DNA of 20,000 nt, taken from Folioceros fuciformis (lineage: Eukaryota). The stretch spans positions 307,085 through 327,084 of the forward strand of contig JBNGIO010006380.1 of assembly GCA_049999805.1 (NCBI GenBank), given 5' to 3'. Made by a program: the position numbers and the translations under genes. Each line of letters begins with the position of its first letter. Position 1 is the first letter of the stretch. Shown here in pieces: positions 1-12,169 of this stretch. Below the pieces are notes generated by a model, which saw only the letters and a program-made list of their open reading frames with translations, did not search any database and was not told the DNA's origin.

Positions 1-189
1 TAGACACACCACAAGACAAGATGCACATACCCAAGAGGCTTCAGTCATCGATCGTGCATGCGTGCTAACATGAACACACAAGCACAGTAAAGGGGAAAAT
101 AAAATGCGCAGCACAAGCCACGACCTGTGTGATCATGTGAGAGCACACGAGAGCCCCATGAGACACTTGCTATGGACCATGGACCTCAC

Positions 190-1452
190 CTCAATGGCCT
201 TGCTAGGAGCCACGCGGATGACATTGATTGCATTGCCTCGGAACAGTCCTGTCCAGCCTTCATGGGCCATGATCCATTGGAAAACCTCCTTCACAGACCT
301 ACCATGGCTTCCCACCATCAAATGTGTCCTGATTGTCTCTAATGGTGCAACTGCTGTGCGAGACACAGCTCCCGCAATGGCCCCACTCAACAACCTCTTA
401 CCAGACCGTCCTAGTTTCAACTTAAACGTGGCCCTCCCCATTTGTGACGCAACCACAGGTTCTGCTTTCTCCTCGTCCGCGACATGGAGTTGGCCTTGAA
501 CTTCTTGGGCTTTAGCCACGCGTACTAATCCAGCCAACTGTGGACTGAGATCTCCCCCCTCCACAACATCCACAGTGCGAGCTAAAGCATTCTGCCGAAG
601 GTTTGGCTTCGACCCCTCTGCTCCCACTCCCGAATTACTAACCAACTCGTCTAGTCGCACCGTCTGGCGCCCAGACTCAATAACGAGTTCCGGACCTTCG
701 AAGCTCTGAACACGCGAATTGAAGCTGAACAGCTGGGTGTCCGACGAAATCGCTAGGCGAGAAGAATCGGCCCTGGCAAGACGTCTACCCGCCACAGTAG
801 GGCCCACAGGCTGCTGCTTCCATTCCTTCTCAGCGACCACGACAAAAGGTTCTGAATCCTTGCGTTGCAAAACCAATCTAAGCCTAGAGAACAGTGAGAC
901 AGGAGAGAAATCGGATGCATCGGATTCGTACTTGGAGTCAGGGGGATACGGGGGGTACTCAACATGGGTGCCGGGAAAGAGCTGATCCACGGCATCCAAA
1001 ACCTCATCTTCGCAAATACAATCTCGCAAAAGGCCCTTCTTCCGCTGCCGCTGCCTTTCCGAGAACGTGACGGTGCTCTTCGTCCGGTGCTTGATGCACG
1101 GAGACACAGCATTTAGCGAACCCAAGGGCGGCGCGTCAGCATCCACAAGAAGTCCTGCACGGCGCAGACGCTGCCTCTGGGAAAAGGAATCCTTCTCCTT
1201 CCTCTCCCAGTGGCTGCGGAAGATTGGAATCTGGCCGTGACATTCCCTCCCCGCCTCCGGCTCGCCGCCGCCCGGTTTCCCAAACCTGGCAGCCCGCAAA
1301 TCGCCCCTCCTAACTCCACCGGGGTGGTGCCTAGACCTAGCATGCTCCTGCTGGTGCCGGTACCAAGTCTGGTCCTGGTGCCGCACGCGGAACGCGGCGT
1401 GTCTGCTGTAACTCGTGCTGCTTCCGGAAGTGCTTTCCTCCAAAGCAGCCAT
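190..1452 (-). CDS. BT1: Mitochondrial carrier family protein, Brittle1 (BT1)-like adenine nucleotide transporter; first coding exon only, gene continues off the left edge
   Basis: The C-terminal part of the exon reads KRLLSGAIAGAVSRTAVAPLETIRTHLMVGSHGRSVKEVFQWIMAHEGWTGLFRGNAINVIRVAPSKAIE, the first Solcar repeat with the PLETIRTHLMVG signature typical of plant BT1. The first ATG is at 1452 (the ORF-track start at 1458 is TTG). A GAG|gtgagg donor lies at 190/189. Confidence 0.9.
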
Positions 1453-2017
1453 ACCCAAGTTCTCGATACCCGCACTGCTCCTACCCTACCACCAGCCACG
1501 GCACACAATCATTTCCAGCTCCAGCCATACCCACCCCGAAAGTCATGCCGCGCAGTAGCCAGCCGCGAGTGCACGTTCCCCGGCATCATAGCAACCCAAA
1601 ATCCAACACCCAAGCCCCAGCCCGCTGGAGGTGTGGCAGCTCACAAAATCTGCCCCACCATGTATCATCGTCATCGCCAGCACACTACACCACATTCAAG
1701 ACATAGGAGCAAATCCCTGCCCATCCTACCGCCATCCATCCACTCCTCGCCTATCCCCAGCTGACAGACAGGGAGGAGAAACCAGACATGTACAGGCAGG
1801 GGTAGGACACGGGCGTGCTGAAAAACTCCAAGGAGGAGCAGCCACCGCGCAGGTGAGAGATCCAGTGTTGGAGACCGCACGCGTGTCAGGGCTCAGGGAG
1901 GCTCAGCACAAAAAATCACTCAATCGCTAGCCAAACTACAACCCACCCATGACTCTCACGGTACCCAAGCCAGGAACTGGAGAGCCCCACTGGGCGCATG
2001 CCATTGCAAGCCCCTGG

Positions 2018-2088
2018 CTGGTCCTGTCCTGGTCCTGGTCCTGGTCCAGGTCCTGGTCCCGGCCCTGGTCCTGGACTCCTGGTCCAGG
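2018..2088. repeat. Imperfect (CCTGGT)n hexamer microsatellite upstream of the BT1 gene
   Basis: ctggtcctgtcctggtcctggtcctggtccaggtcctggtcccggccctggtcctggactcctggtccagg, read directly from the sequence. Confidence 0.85.
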
Positions 2089-3727
2089 GCACAAGACGCA
2101 CCGCAGCCCATGCCGGGCTCCGGCGCTCGGCACCCTGTGGCAATCGCACTACGTAACCCCCCTCCTACCTGCCAAACCTAAATCTTTGGTCTTGACCTAA
2201 ACACATCAACACATACATATATACATACGTACATACCTACCTCTATGTAGGTACATACCTTGGTAGTTCCCATCCTATTTCCTTCGTCTTCCACCAGTGG
2301 GTGCCTTGTCTTGACCCACCGAGTGGCTCACAGAAAGGTTCTGCCAACAGGATCTCATCAGCTGCAAACATTTCCTCCATCCCCGCCGTTTTCCGAGCTA
2401 AACCATCGTCGGAAACTATCCCACGTGTGGAAATTTGCATCTCATCTCGTTGTTGCTTTCGTATTTGACATTTTTTAAGTTTACACTTTGCCATCGATTC
2501 ACTGTATATTCCATTTTCTATATATTTTACAGAATGATGAAAATACTCTACACTTGGGTGACAGACAATTCACGAAACCTTTTATGTACCTGATAGCGCA
2601 ACCTGCCCTCAATCCTTTTAGATCCCAATTCCCGCAACCTTCTCCTAGTGCTTAGAATCTCTAAGGAGAACGGGGGCCGGTCGGATTAAGCATTGAGTCA
2701 TCACTGCTTACCTCAGCCGAAAAACAGAATCTGAACTATGACACTTGTGGGCAAGGGAGGCACATGCGGGAGGCACGGAGACTGGTGCGTCGCAGACCAC
2801 AACAGGGGGCCGTTTCTAACTTATGTTAAAACGATCTGTGGGGTACAGGGATTGGCAGTCCTTACAAAATATATTTACTGCAGGCTACCAGAGCTCCGGT
2901 CCTTTCAAGCCCAAGGAACGCCATCTTAGGACGGATTGAGCTTACTTGCGTTCTGTTGCTGTTGCCCATCCGCTTCTAAACCAATCGTGCAATCCACAGA
3001 TTCAAGTTCACTGCCTCCCAGCAAAAAACATCTCCCTTAACCTATCCATCCGGAACAGAAGCAGCCACATCGGGCTGGGGATAATGGTCAGGGTGGGACG
3101 GGCCAACTTTGCGCGCTCTGCAGCTAAGAAGCAACTACAAAGGCATCACTAACAGCGACCCATCCCACTAGACGAAGCTGCCGTCAGGTGTAATGTTGCA
3201 AAGTTAACCCAAAAAAAAAAGGAATTGCTGAAATGGGAGTCCACCTTCCTGGAGAACAAAACGCCACCACCGGACGAGAGAATCGCCTCAACCAGCTGTT
3301 GATGGAAATCTCCAGCTCTCATAGCTGGATCTCCGGGTCGTCACCAAAGAACTCGGCGTCAACCGGGCATGGTAGGAAGAGAAACCTGACCATAGTTCAC
3401 CTTGGAGTATGGTTAATAGTCAGGCTCAACAACCAGACCGGTTTTCACAATTGTACCTGCCGCCTCTTGCCCACACTGATCCTTGCCACTTAAAACATGT
3501 ACAGCATCTAGAAAGCTTGGGACTGTATGGGAGTAACATGGGCAACCCAGTAAAATATTAGCCAAAAGAGAAGGAGGAGAGACTGCGGAAGCTGGGAACA
3601 CACAGGGAACAGAGGCCGCGCTACTCTGCAGCAGGACTGACATACAACTCCCCTCATTATTTTCCCATGAAAAGAATTCACCAACCCAAACAATTCCACT
3701 GGCTCAGCATCGCAACTCCTCCAGACC

Positions 3728-6700
3728 CTATCCTGCAACTAGATTTGGAACAGCTCCGCCAGTTGCATCTATAACCATTCGTTTCGGACCAGCATGTTCC
3801 GTCTTTCCTTCAACCTCAACACCTGTCTTCACCCCTCCTGAACNNNNNNNNNNNNNNNNNNNNNNNNNNNNNNNNNNNNNNNNNNNNNNNNNNNNNNNNN
3901 NNNNNNNNNNNNNNNNNNNNNNNNNNNNNNNNNNNNNNNNNNNCCGTCTAGATTGACCATGATCCCTGCCTCGGACAAATGGCGCACTCCCAGATTCCCC
4001 AACCCAATGCAGATTGCTATCAGAATTCTGGGGTGACTGTGTTCCCGACACAGAAGAGGGCTGGCGTCGATCCTGAGACACCTTCTGCTGTCCAGCAACT
4101 TGAGAAGCAGAGCTCTGATGGTCATTGACAGAAGACCCCTGCTTGTGTGACATTTTTGAAGCATCCGAATGGTGCTCTACATCACTTGATGACTGCGAGT
4201 TTTTCCGACCTGCACCAGATCTTGGGTGGTAATTCCGGTTCTCTGACTGGGGCTTCTCGTGAAAAGTTTGTTGCCACTGACCTTGCGAAGGACCTGACCT
4301 CTGATGCTGGGCTGCATCTCTGGGTTGGTCCTTGTCTTGCATTGGCCCATGCTGCCGGAAATTCTGATGAGGTCTAAATTGCTGATGTGCCCCATGCGGG
4401 GCATGCTCCTTATCATGAGAACCTGTAGGTCCTTGCTGCTGTCTAGCACCTTGAGAAGACCCATTCAATGCCATTGCCGCTTCATCACCACCTTGAACTT
4501 GTCCACGTGAACCATGTCCAACTGATTTAAATGCTGGGTTATTTGGAGCATGCGCCTTCACATGTTGCTGATCTCGCTGCCTGTCCCGCTCATTGATCGG
4601 TTGGTCTCCATACCCACCAGACTGTTCCCCATGGGAGGGCTTCTCAAATTCAGACGAAGATGTGAAATTCCGAGACCTATTTGCATGAGCAGACACAGAC
4701 TTGGACTGCTGCTGAACAACTCTTGAACCATTCAGCTCCCTGTCCGACACCCTGGAGCCTTGATTACCAGATATCCTCTGATGTCGTTCTGAGCTTGATG
4801 GAGGACGTCTATCCCCATGAGGAGCGCTTGCTCGATGAGGTTTAGCATGATCACTCTGAGACTCAACCTCATGAGTTACACTCAATACCTGCGACCTGTT
4901 TACACTCCCTGGCTGATGATGAGGAGTCACCAGTGCATAAGTTTGATACTCCCTGGCAGCAGCTGGGATAGGTGACTGCTGAGAAGAATGAAAACCACTA
5001 CTCCCTCCATCCACAACTGATGACAACTGCTCAGTTTTAGCCCCAACTGTGGCCAACTTTTGCTGTGAAGTGCTAACCTTTGCCTGCTGATCCGGGGGTG
5101 AAGGCCTCTGAATAGCCAATTGATCTGCACTTTGACCATTCAACTGAGCAGGGAAACGTGACGCCGGTTGGTTGGTATGATTATCTGCCCGCTGAGGCTT
5201 GAAACCAGAATCTCCCTGAGCATGGGTGGATGATGATTCGTCGTGATGTTGAGCATGACCACCACCCCCTTTTCCCATTGAACTTCGGAAATCTTGAGAA
5301 GGCTGTGCGACAGAACCCTCCTTGCCACCAACTCGAGAATCTTGCTGATAATGATACTTTGCAGTAGGTCCTCGCTCATTGCCTGATCCCCTTTGTCGCC
5401 ACGATGCATGAGAGCGTGCACTCCTACTAAAGTTATCACTTGGCTTAGTGTCAACTGGCTCCGACGCCACAGGAGGCACCTGGGCCTGACCCAGCCCTGT
5501 GACAGTCCTGGTCTCGACAGGAACATCACATGCCTGATGCTGGGGCTGTCTGGTAGAAGCATTCGATTGCCCAGTTTCCACAAGATCCTGTACAAGTTTG
5601 ACAACGGGCTTGAGGGACTCCACGTCCGAAGGCTTGCTACTCGACACGTGCACTGTCCCAGGATACTCCACCTTCTCAACGCTCGCAGAGCCGGAGGCCA
5701 ACTCCTCAACAGGCTTTAATCCATTACCTGCACTACTTGGTGCAGCTCGCACCGGTGCCCAGATCAGCCCATCACTTGAATGAGACTTATCACCAACACG
5801 GACATCCTGTGCAGTTCTCTCTCTTGCTAGCCGCTTGACTGGTTGTTGTTTGCGCTGAGGCCGCCTGCCAGCACTGTCTCCGTTTGACAGGGGAGACGCA
5901 GTCGGAACTCCAAACTCCTTTACCAGGTCACTATCACCAAACTCAATCACCACCAAAGGCTGAAAAGACAACTCTTTCACTGACTCCTGAGAGATTCCTC
6001 GTGCCTCTTCACCACTACTCACTTCTTGCTGAGATACTTGGGACTTGGCAGTGTCAATCAAGTCAGCACCATCACTATGCTCGGAGCTGTGAACTACATG
6101 GGCAGAACCATCTACACCATCTGCCCTCTGCTTACTTTTAGAATTCCTGCTGTTTCGCTTCTTCCGGTTAGCAGCATTGGGCACAGAGCTGGAGTCTACA
6201 GCACTAGATTCACCAGCATGTGGTCCGCTAGACCATCCTCCACCCTCATTTCTTTCTGCTGCCACGGCTACAACCTCAGTTATGACAGCCTGCTCTTCTG
6301 TCACTTCGGGCACTTCGATGTCCTTCCCATGTTTAAGCTGCATTGTTGAGTGTTTCGCCCTGTGCCTTGACGTCTGCTGCTTAGGAGGAATCTGCACTAT
6401 TTGCAAACCCAGCCTACTTCCAGATGGTGTCTCCACACCGTTACTGCGTTGGGAACCTGTGGGTATGGGTACCTGTGACTGCAAGGAAGTGTTACTCTCA
6501 GATGGAGAGGGCAAAAGTGGCGGCTCCGTTCGGACCTGGCCAGGATTACTATTCAGCTTCACCTTCGTGAGATCTCTTGAATCAGAATGGATCCTGTGAT
6601 CCTCCCTCGGTCGCCCACTGCCTTTCCTATCTCCTCTCTCTCGCTTGCCATGCTCATTTCGACCACTGCGGCCTCCCCCCAGGCTACCAGAGGCCCTGCT

Positions 6701-9700
6701 TGATTGGTTAGAAGATGAGCCTTCCTGGCCCAACAGGCCAGAAGCATCCCCTTCTCTCTTAACTTCTCCAGTAAAATCCTTGGGCAAGTCATCGGGCACA
6801 TTTGAGTCTGGTACTGATAGCCCTGCTGTTCGTCGATTCAACTCCTCCAATTTTGCATTGGCCTTGGCCTTCTGCTCTTTGCTCCTCTCTTCCTCCTCCT
6901 TCTGCAGTTGGAGTGATCGCTGATGTGCAATTTCTTTCATCTTTGCTCGCTGCATGCAGCACAATAAAGCAAAACATACATAGGCCGTACCACTTCACAT
7001 CTCACACTAACGCAGATGGTCACAAGCCACCAACAGTCAAAAAATTTCAAGCAAAAACACGCATGCCAAAACTGAGCATTGCAGTCTACCTGAGCGTCAT
7101 AATCATATGCGTCTGTCGAGCTCAGATCACTCTCTGGCTCAACTCTCTCTTGAGCTGCAGCAGAGCTTGACGTCTCGGAAGTAGTGCCAACACTGATTGG
7201 GGCTTTAATCAATTGAGCTGTACTTACAGAAACACCATCGGGCTTTGCATCTACTGTTACAGCCTTTGGTCTCCACTCTTTCTCGGCATCATGGACAACC
7301 TTGGCTTTGTGTATCCCGTCTTCCTTCATCAGAGGTTCTTTGGAAGGAGGAACAGCTGCCTCTAGCCCTGAAGTATCTACACTACTACCTGCATCATTGA
7401 CACCACTGCTTGTGCGCTTCAGCAGCTTGGGCTTCTCGTCTAGGATCACACTCCCAGCATCAGCAGGACCAGCACCTGCAGAGTCCGCAGTCGGCAACAG
7501 AGTTGACTCTGCAACCAAGACACCAGCGTTTACAGAGGTGCTTGAGCGCCCGGTGCCATTATGCTGCCCAGGTCTTGATACACCTCCTCCAGCCACCGTT
7601 GATGCAGAACTGCTGTCCTCACCCTTAAATACATTTGCCTTCTGCAACGTTGACTGCGAGTCCCGACTGACAGGCCTATCTTTCGTAACAGAATGCTCTT
7701 TCCTCGGAGCAATGACCTCTACAGTACCCCTGTCACTGGGAGCTGCATTTTTCCTAGAAGGGTGATTCTTACTGGCGAACCCATCTGGTTCCCCATCTCT
7801 GGAGAAAGCAACTTCTTTGGTAGTGGGCTCCTTATTTCTATGAACCCTCCCACTCTCCCCATTGTTCTCATGACTGCCAGCTCGACGCCCAGGCCTGCCA
7901 GATGATCTTCCTCCGACAGTGTCCTTGGAGCTAGAATTGTCCTCATCTCGTTCTCGAGACTTCAAATCATCAGCACGAGCAGTCTCCCCAACGGCAGCAT
8001 TCCCTCTATTGAATGATTCATTTCCAGCATCACCGCCAGCACCTACTGCAACTCCTCCTGGCTTCTTGGCTCCAGCTGCTTCCAGTGAGGCGTCTTCCTC
8101 AAAAACCGGTTTTGAAAAATCCATGGGCTCCTCATTGGCAGATGTTCCCCAATCTCGAAGTCCATGTGGCCCCACGCCAGCTCCTTGTGTACCTGGCCTC
8201 GATGCATCATATAGGGAACCGACCAGCCTTCGGTTGCCCACTGCATCTTGCACAGGACCAGATCTCCCATCTTTATAGCTACCCACATCATGAATATCAT
8301 CAACCACTAGCTCAGGATGCTCCCTCATAACCCTGGAGTTGCTCGGAGGTAGCCGAGGACCAGAACCCATGGACCCATGAAAATGACTAAATACGTCTGA
8401 AGGTGGCCCTTGTCGGTTAGGAAAACCAACATACATGCCAGGACCTCCCATGACCATAGCCCCCATCATCATCCCCCTCTCATCCATATGCCCAGGAGGA
8501 CCATACGCACCATCGTAAGGAGGCCCTGGATACATCCCAGGTCCCAACGGTGGTCCGGGCCTCCCTACTCCCCCTTGCCGGGAAAGCAGCCCGGCATTTC
8601 CATACACATTTCCCACATGAGGGCCAAAGCCACCAGGTCCTCGGCCATAACCACCAGGACCAGGACCAGGGCCATACCTCTGTTGAGGGGGGAACCCAGA
8701 AGAGTCGAGCTGAAACCTTGGGTGACCATGAGGTCCATGAGGTCCTACAGGAGGTCCACCCCGACGACAATTCTCATCAGGACTCGCACCTGGTTAGAAG
8801 GAAATTACTGCTTCATCAGGGCTATGAATGAGCATTTCTATGCCAAAGTGATATCCAAACAACCGAATTGCACGCACCTTGGGAAACCTCATGACCACCA
8901 TCTCTCCTCCACGAATCCACAACAGGAGGATGCCCATCATGGGCAGCAACATGCCTATGCTCCTCCCTATGCCAATTCCCTTCAGCTCCAGGTGGCATTC
9001 CTCCAAATGGCTCCCTTCGAAAGGTATCAAGTACTGGCCTTTCCTGATTGCTAAAAGCAGGGCCAGCACCACGAGGACCATCATCTACACATCAAAAAAA
9101 GAACAAAATAAATCAAAAGACAGAAATCTTGATTCAGCAGTCCATGGTATCAGCTTATCCAGAAACACACCATAAGGCCCCGACAAACTTGGTGGTCTTT
9201 GTTGCTGTGAAGAAAACAGCTTCTCATCTACTGCTCTTTCCACAGTGGCAGTACCTGCAAGAGAGCTACATCAACCCAAACGGACAAAACAAGAATTCTC
9301 GTCCCTATGACATGTTCGAACACCATCCCCCCTGACATTCACGAGTCAAAACAAAATGCACATCCAGCAAACACATCCTTAAACACAGGTCTCAATGAAC
9401 TTCCACATCGCACATGGTACTTATAATTCCTACGCGGGCGAAAAGTGAAAAATGCACCTCCACCAGACACATCATTTCAGTCCGGTTCTTTGTAATGGTG
9501 AGCTTTCTACATTACACATGGTACTGGTGAAGTTTCAGGCTTACCCTGCTGAGGGCGAAGATCAGGACTCTTCTCCGATCCTAAAGTTGGAAAGTCAAGA
9601 CGAGTTAACTGAAATGCAGTGGGCTGGTGAGAATCCCTTGCCTGAAAGAGACGAAAGATCGAGTAGTTAACTATAAGTAGTTCTCAGTTGACAGACTAGT

Positions 9701-10854
9701 TTCATATAAGACAAGGCAGAGCAGATAAAATAAGATTCGAGCACAAGGTAGTTCCGCACCATCTTTGTTTCTGCACCGGCCCCTCCCCACGCGGGGCCAG
9801 GGGCATTGACAGGAAAATTAGCAGGCTCCCCAGGGCGAGAAACCTGTGCATGTCTTTCCTCTGCACTCCGCGGCCTTTGAAAGGATGGCTGTGTATGTGG
9901 CTGACCGTGAAGCATGCCCTGGCCGTGACCTTGTACTCCAGAGACAGCTGCTGAACGAGAAGTTCCAGAAGCTGATGCTGGTCGTGAAGGAAGCGGGCCC
10001 CATGCATTTTGAGTCAAATGGGAGTCATGCATCTGTCCAATGCTCCCAGCAGACGAGGGACGAGTTCCACTTCCAGCGGAAGACGGCCGTGATACAGCTC
10101 CACCCCATGCTGCTCCACTGCCGCCAACATTAGATCCATGCTTTGCTGAGGCCCCCCAAGTGCCATTAGCCAGAGGAGGAGATGAGGCTTGCGTTGTTCC
10201 CCATGCATTATTGATTGTCGGAGGAGATCGTCCAGTTGCTCCCCAGCTGCCACCACCCCTAGAGGAACGAAAGGTGACAGCATAAGGACGCACATAACGA
10301 CAGATATGCAGAGAAGAGGGTACTCCAGCTGTGCTGCAGGAAAAGCAGCTCACCTCGGAACTATCTCAACATTAGGGTCCAACCCGCGGTTCTCAAGCCT
10401 GCACAAAGATATCAAATCTTCATAGTGAGCCACGTGCACTCAACCGTGCAGCCCACCGACAGTGACCATGGAGATTATCCTTGTCAGATCGACCCAATAC
10501 AACACTGCTCATACATGATCGTGAAACACTGGCCACAAAAACACTTCTTCTGAGGCTCTCTAGGCCTGACTTCACGAAAACCCTAAATAAATAAACAACC
10601 AGGATCAAAAAGCTCTCAGAATAGGGGCATGACCTCTGACTTGGAAGATTGATGGGCTTCGGCACAGCAGGTATTCTGCCGAGTACAGTCATACCCCTCC
10701 GGGCAGAGGGCCCTCTGCGAAAAAAGCACGCCAGCAGGAAGAGCATCAGAAACAAGTAGCAATCTCGACGAATGCATCCGATTGCGGAGGCAAGTACAGG
10801 CTCCCAAGGTCCCGTCGCCCATCGTCGCACTCACCTTCTGTCCCCGCTCAACAT
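3728..10854 (-). CDS. MOS1: MODIFIER OF SNC1 1 (MOS1)-like / BAT2 N-terminal domain (PRRC2-like) protein, 9 coding exons, about 1,984 aa
   Basis: Predicted exons: 10854-10835, 10714-10634, 10398-10354, 10258-9760, 9641-9545, 9254-9171, 9084-8878, 8789-7090, 6949-3728. All are GT-AG with consistent phases; total 5,955 nt including the 100-N gap. The spliced N-terminus MLSGDRRGPSARRGMTVLGRIPAVPKPINLPSQRLENRGLDPNVEIVPRGGGSWG matches the BAT2_N motif of plant MOS1. Other matching motifs are RPSSAGSGTRPSSA, DFPTLGSEK and the coiled coil QRAKMKEIAHQRSLQLQKEEEERSKEQKAKANAKLEELNRR. An in-frame TGA lies upstream of the ATG at 10854. Confidence 0.9.
3844..3943. other. Assembly gap (100 N) inside the last MOS1 exon
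   Basis: A run of exactly 100 N, the usual placeholder for a gap of unknown size. Confidence 0.97.
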
Positions 10855-12169
10855 TCTGAAGGCCCGTGCCTTGCCAGTCAAATCTCAACTGCCCGGGTAG
10901 CAGCCTTCTCCCTTGCCTGCCAACTGCAACGAGTGGAGACGCCCTGCTTCCGACAGGACCTGAATGCCACAGCAAGCAGCGAAGCGAGTCATGGCAAAGA
11001 TAACCTACACCTCTCTTGGCACTCCATGAAGCACACAGGACAAGGCACGCGTCAGCAGGCGGCGGGAACAGTATGGTCACCGTAGATAATTGCGCAAGGG
11101 GAAGGAGACATAAAGTTGCAAGGGGAGGCAGGCCGGCAGGCAAGCAAAGGTGTGTGAAGTGCAGGAGAAAGAAACGTGACACGATCCGTACAGCAGGAAG
11201 GCAAGACAAGGAGGGGAATTCCAGAGAGGAAAGAGCTGGCAGAGTGGGAGTGGAGATGGTCGTGCCAGGCTAGGGGGCCTGCCAATTGCTTACTTCTCAT
11301 GCGGAGATCGATTGATTCCACAGACCCTGTTGTTGCGACTTAGATTGCGTTCGCGGTCCCGACTGACCCTAGCGCACCGTGATGGAAGGAAGGTGCTTAA
11401 ACCTAACAGACCCTGCAGCCGGAAGGCGGCAACACCATGTAACCGGGGCACAGGCACAAGCCAAATGGTGAGATCTTAGTGCGCAAGGCAGCAAATGCTT
11501 AACCGGGGGCAGCAGCCCTACACACGCAACATCGCCGCCAGGTTAGCTATCTACCTTACCTCCGTGCACGCCCCCCGCAGTTTCCGGCGCACTTGGTTTC
11601 ATGCATATCATAAGGTGGACCAGGAACAACAAAAATATCCTACACATAACATTTTATGTACATGTGTAGGTATGTACTTCACGCTATTCCACCACTGGCA
11701 ACTACTCGAGACCATCCGTCGAGACCATCTAGTACAAGTTGTTAGGACTTATTCTTACTCTATGGAAAATGTCATACATTTCTTTTGTGCTATTTTTATT
11801 CCTATTAAGATATATAAATTGATATATTTTTCTTTAATCAAATTTCAGTGTCTACAAACTTTTTCTTTATTCTGTGTATTAGTCCAACTCTATGATTGAG
11901 ATAGATCTATAATCTCTCCCACAAGATTAAAGAAGAGGAATTCAGTTAGAGTCAACTAAGGATGGAATTTTGGACATGGTGTACTTAGCTACTTGCTGCA
12001 AAGAGCATCTTTTCTATAGACACCTCATCTAAGTACCGATCTAACATGCTATACCTAACTAATTTTATACGGAAACATATGAAAGATCTCATTTGCCTAA
12101 ACAACAAGCCCAAAGATAGTTGAAGACGAAAAGAGGGATTAACCCCTCAAATAGTGCCTTGGCATTTCG

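Noticed and set aside
1916-2200. ORFs with PGPGPG, DQDQDQ or SWSWSW runs
   Set aside because: These are translations of the hexamer microsatellite in several frames, with no other coding evidence.
2500-3727. Possible small spliced gene (gtaag-type donors on the minus strand near 2710 and 2945)
   Set aside because: I could not assemble a phase-consistent, protein-like model; this is most likely MOS1 3' UTR or intergenic sequence.
4147-10425. Many + strand and alternate-frame ORFs of 60-214 aa
   Set aside because: They are shadow ORFs of the GC-rich MOS1 exons with no recognisable domains.
10578-10586. Telo-box-like AAACCCTAA in MOS1 intron 2
   Set aside because: It is a single short motif far from the promoter and could easily occur by chance.
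10861-11899. ORFs upstream of MOS1 (10616-11209, 11016-11273, 11052-11321, 11495-11899)
   Set aside because: They have no recognisable homology and overlap the MOS1 5' leader, promoter and AT-rich intergenic DNA.
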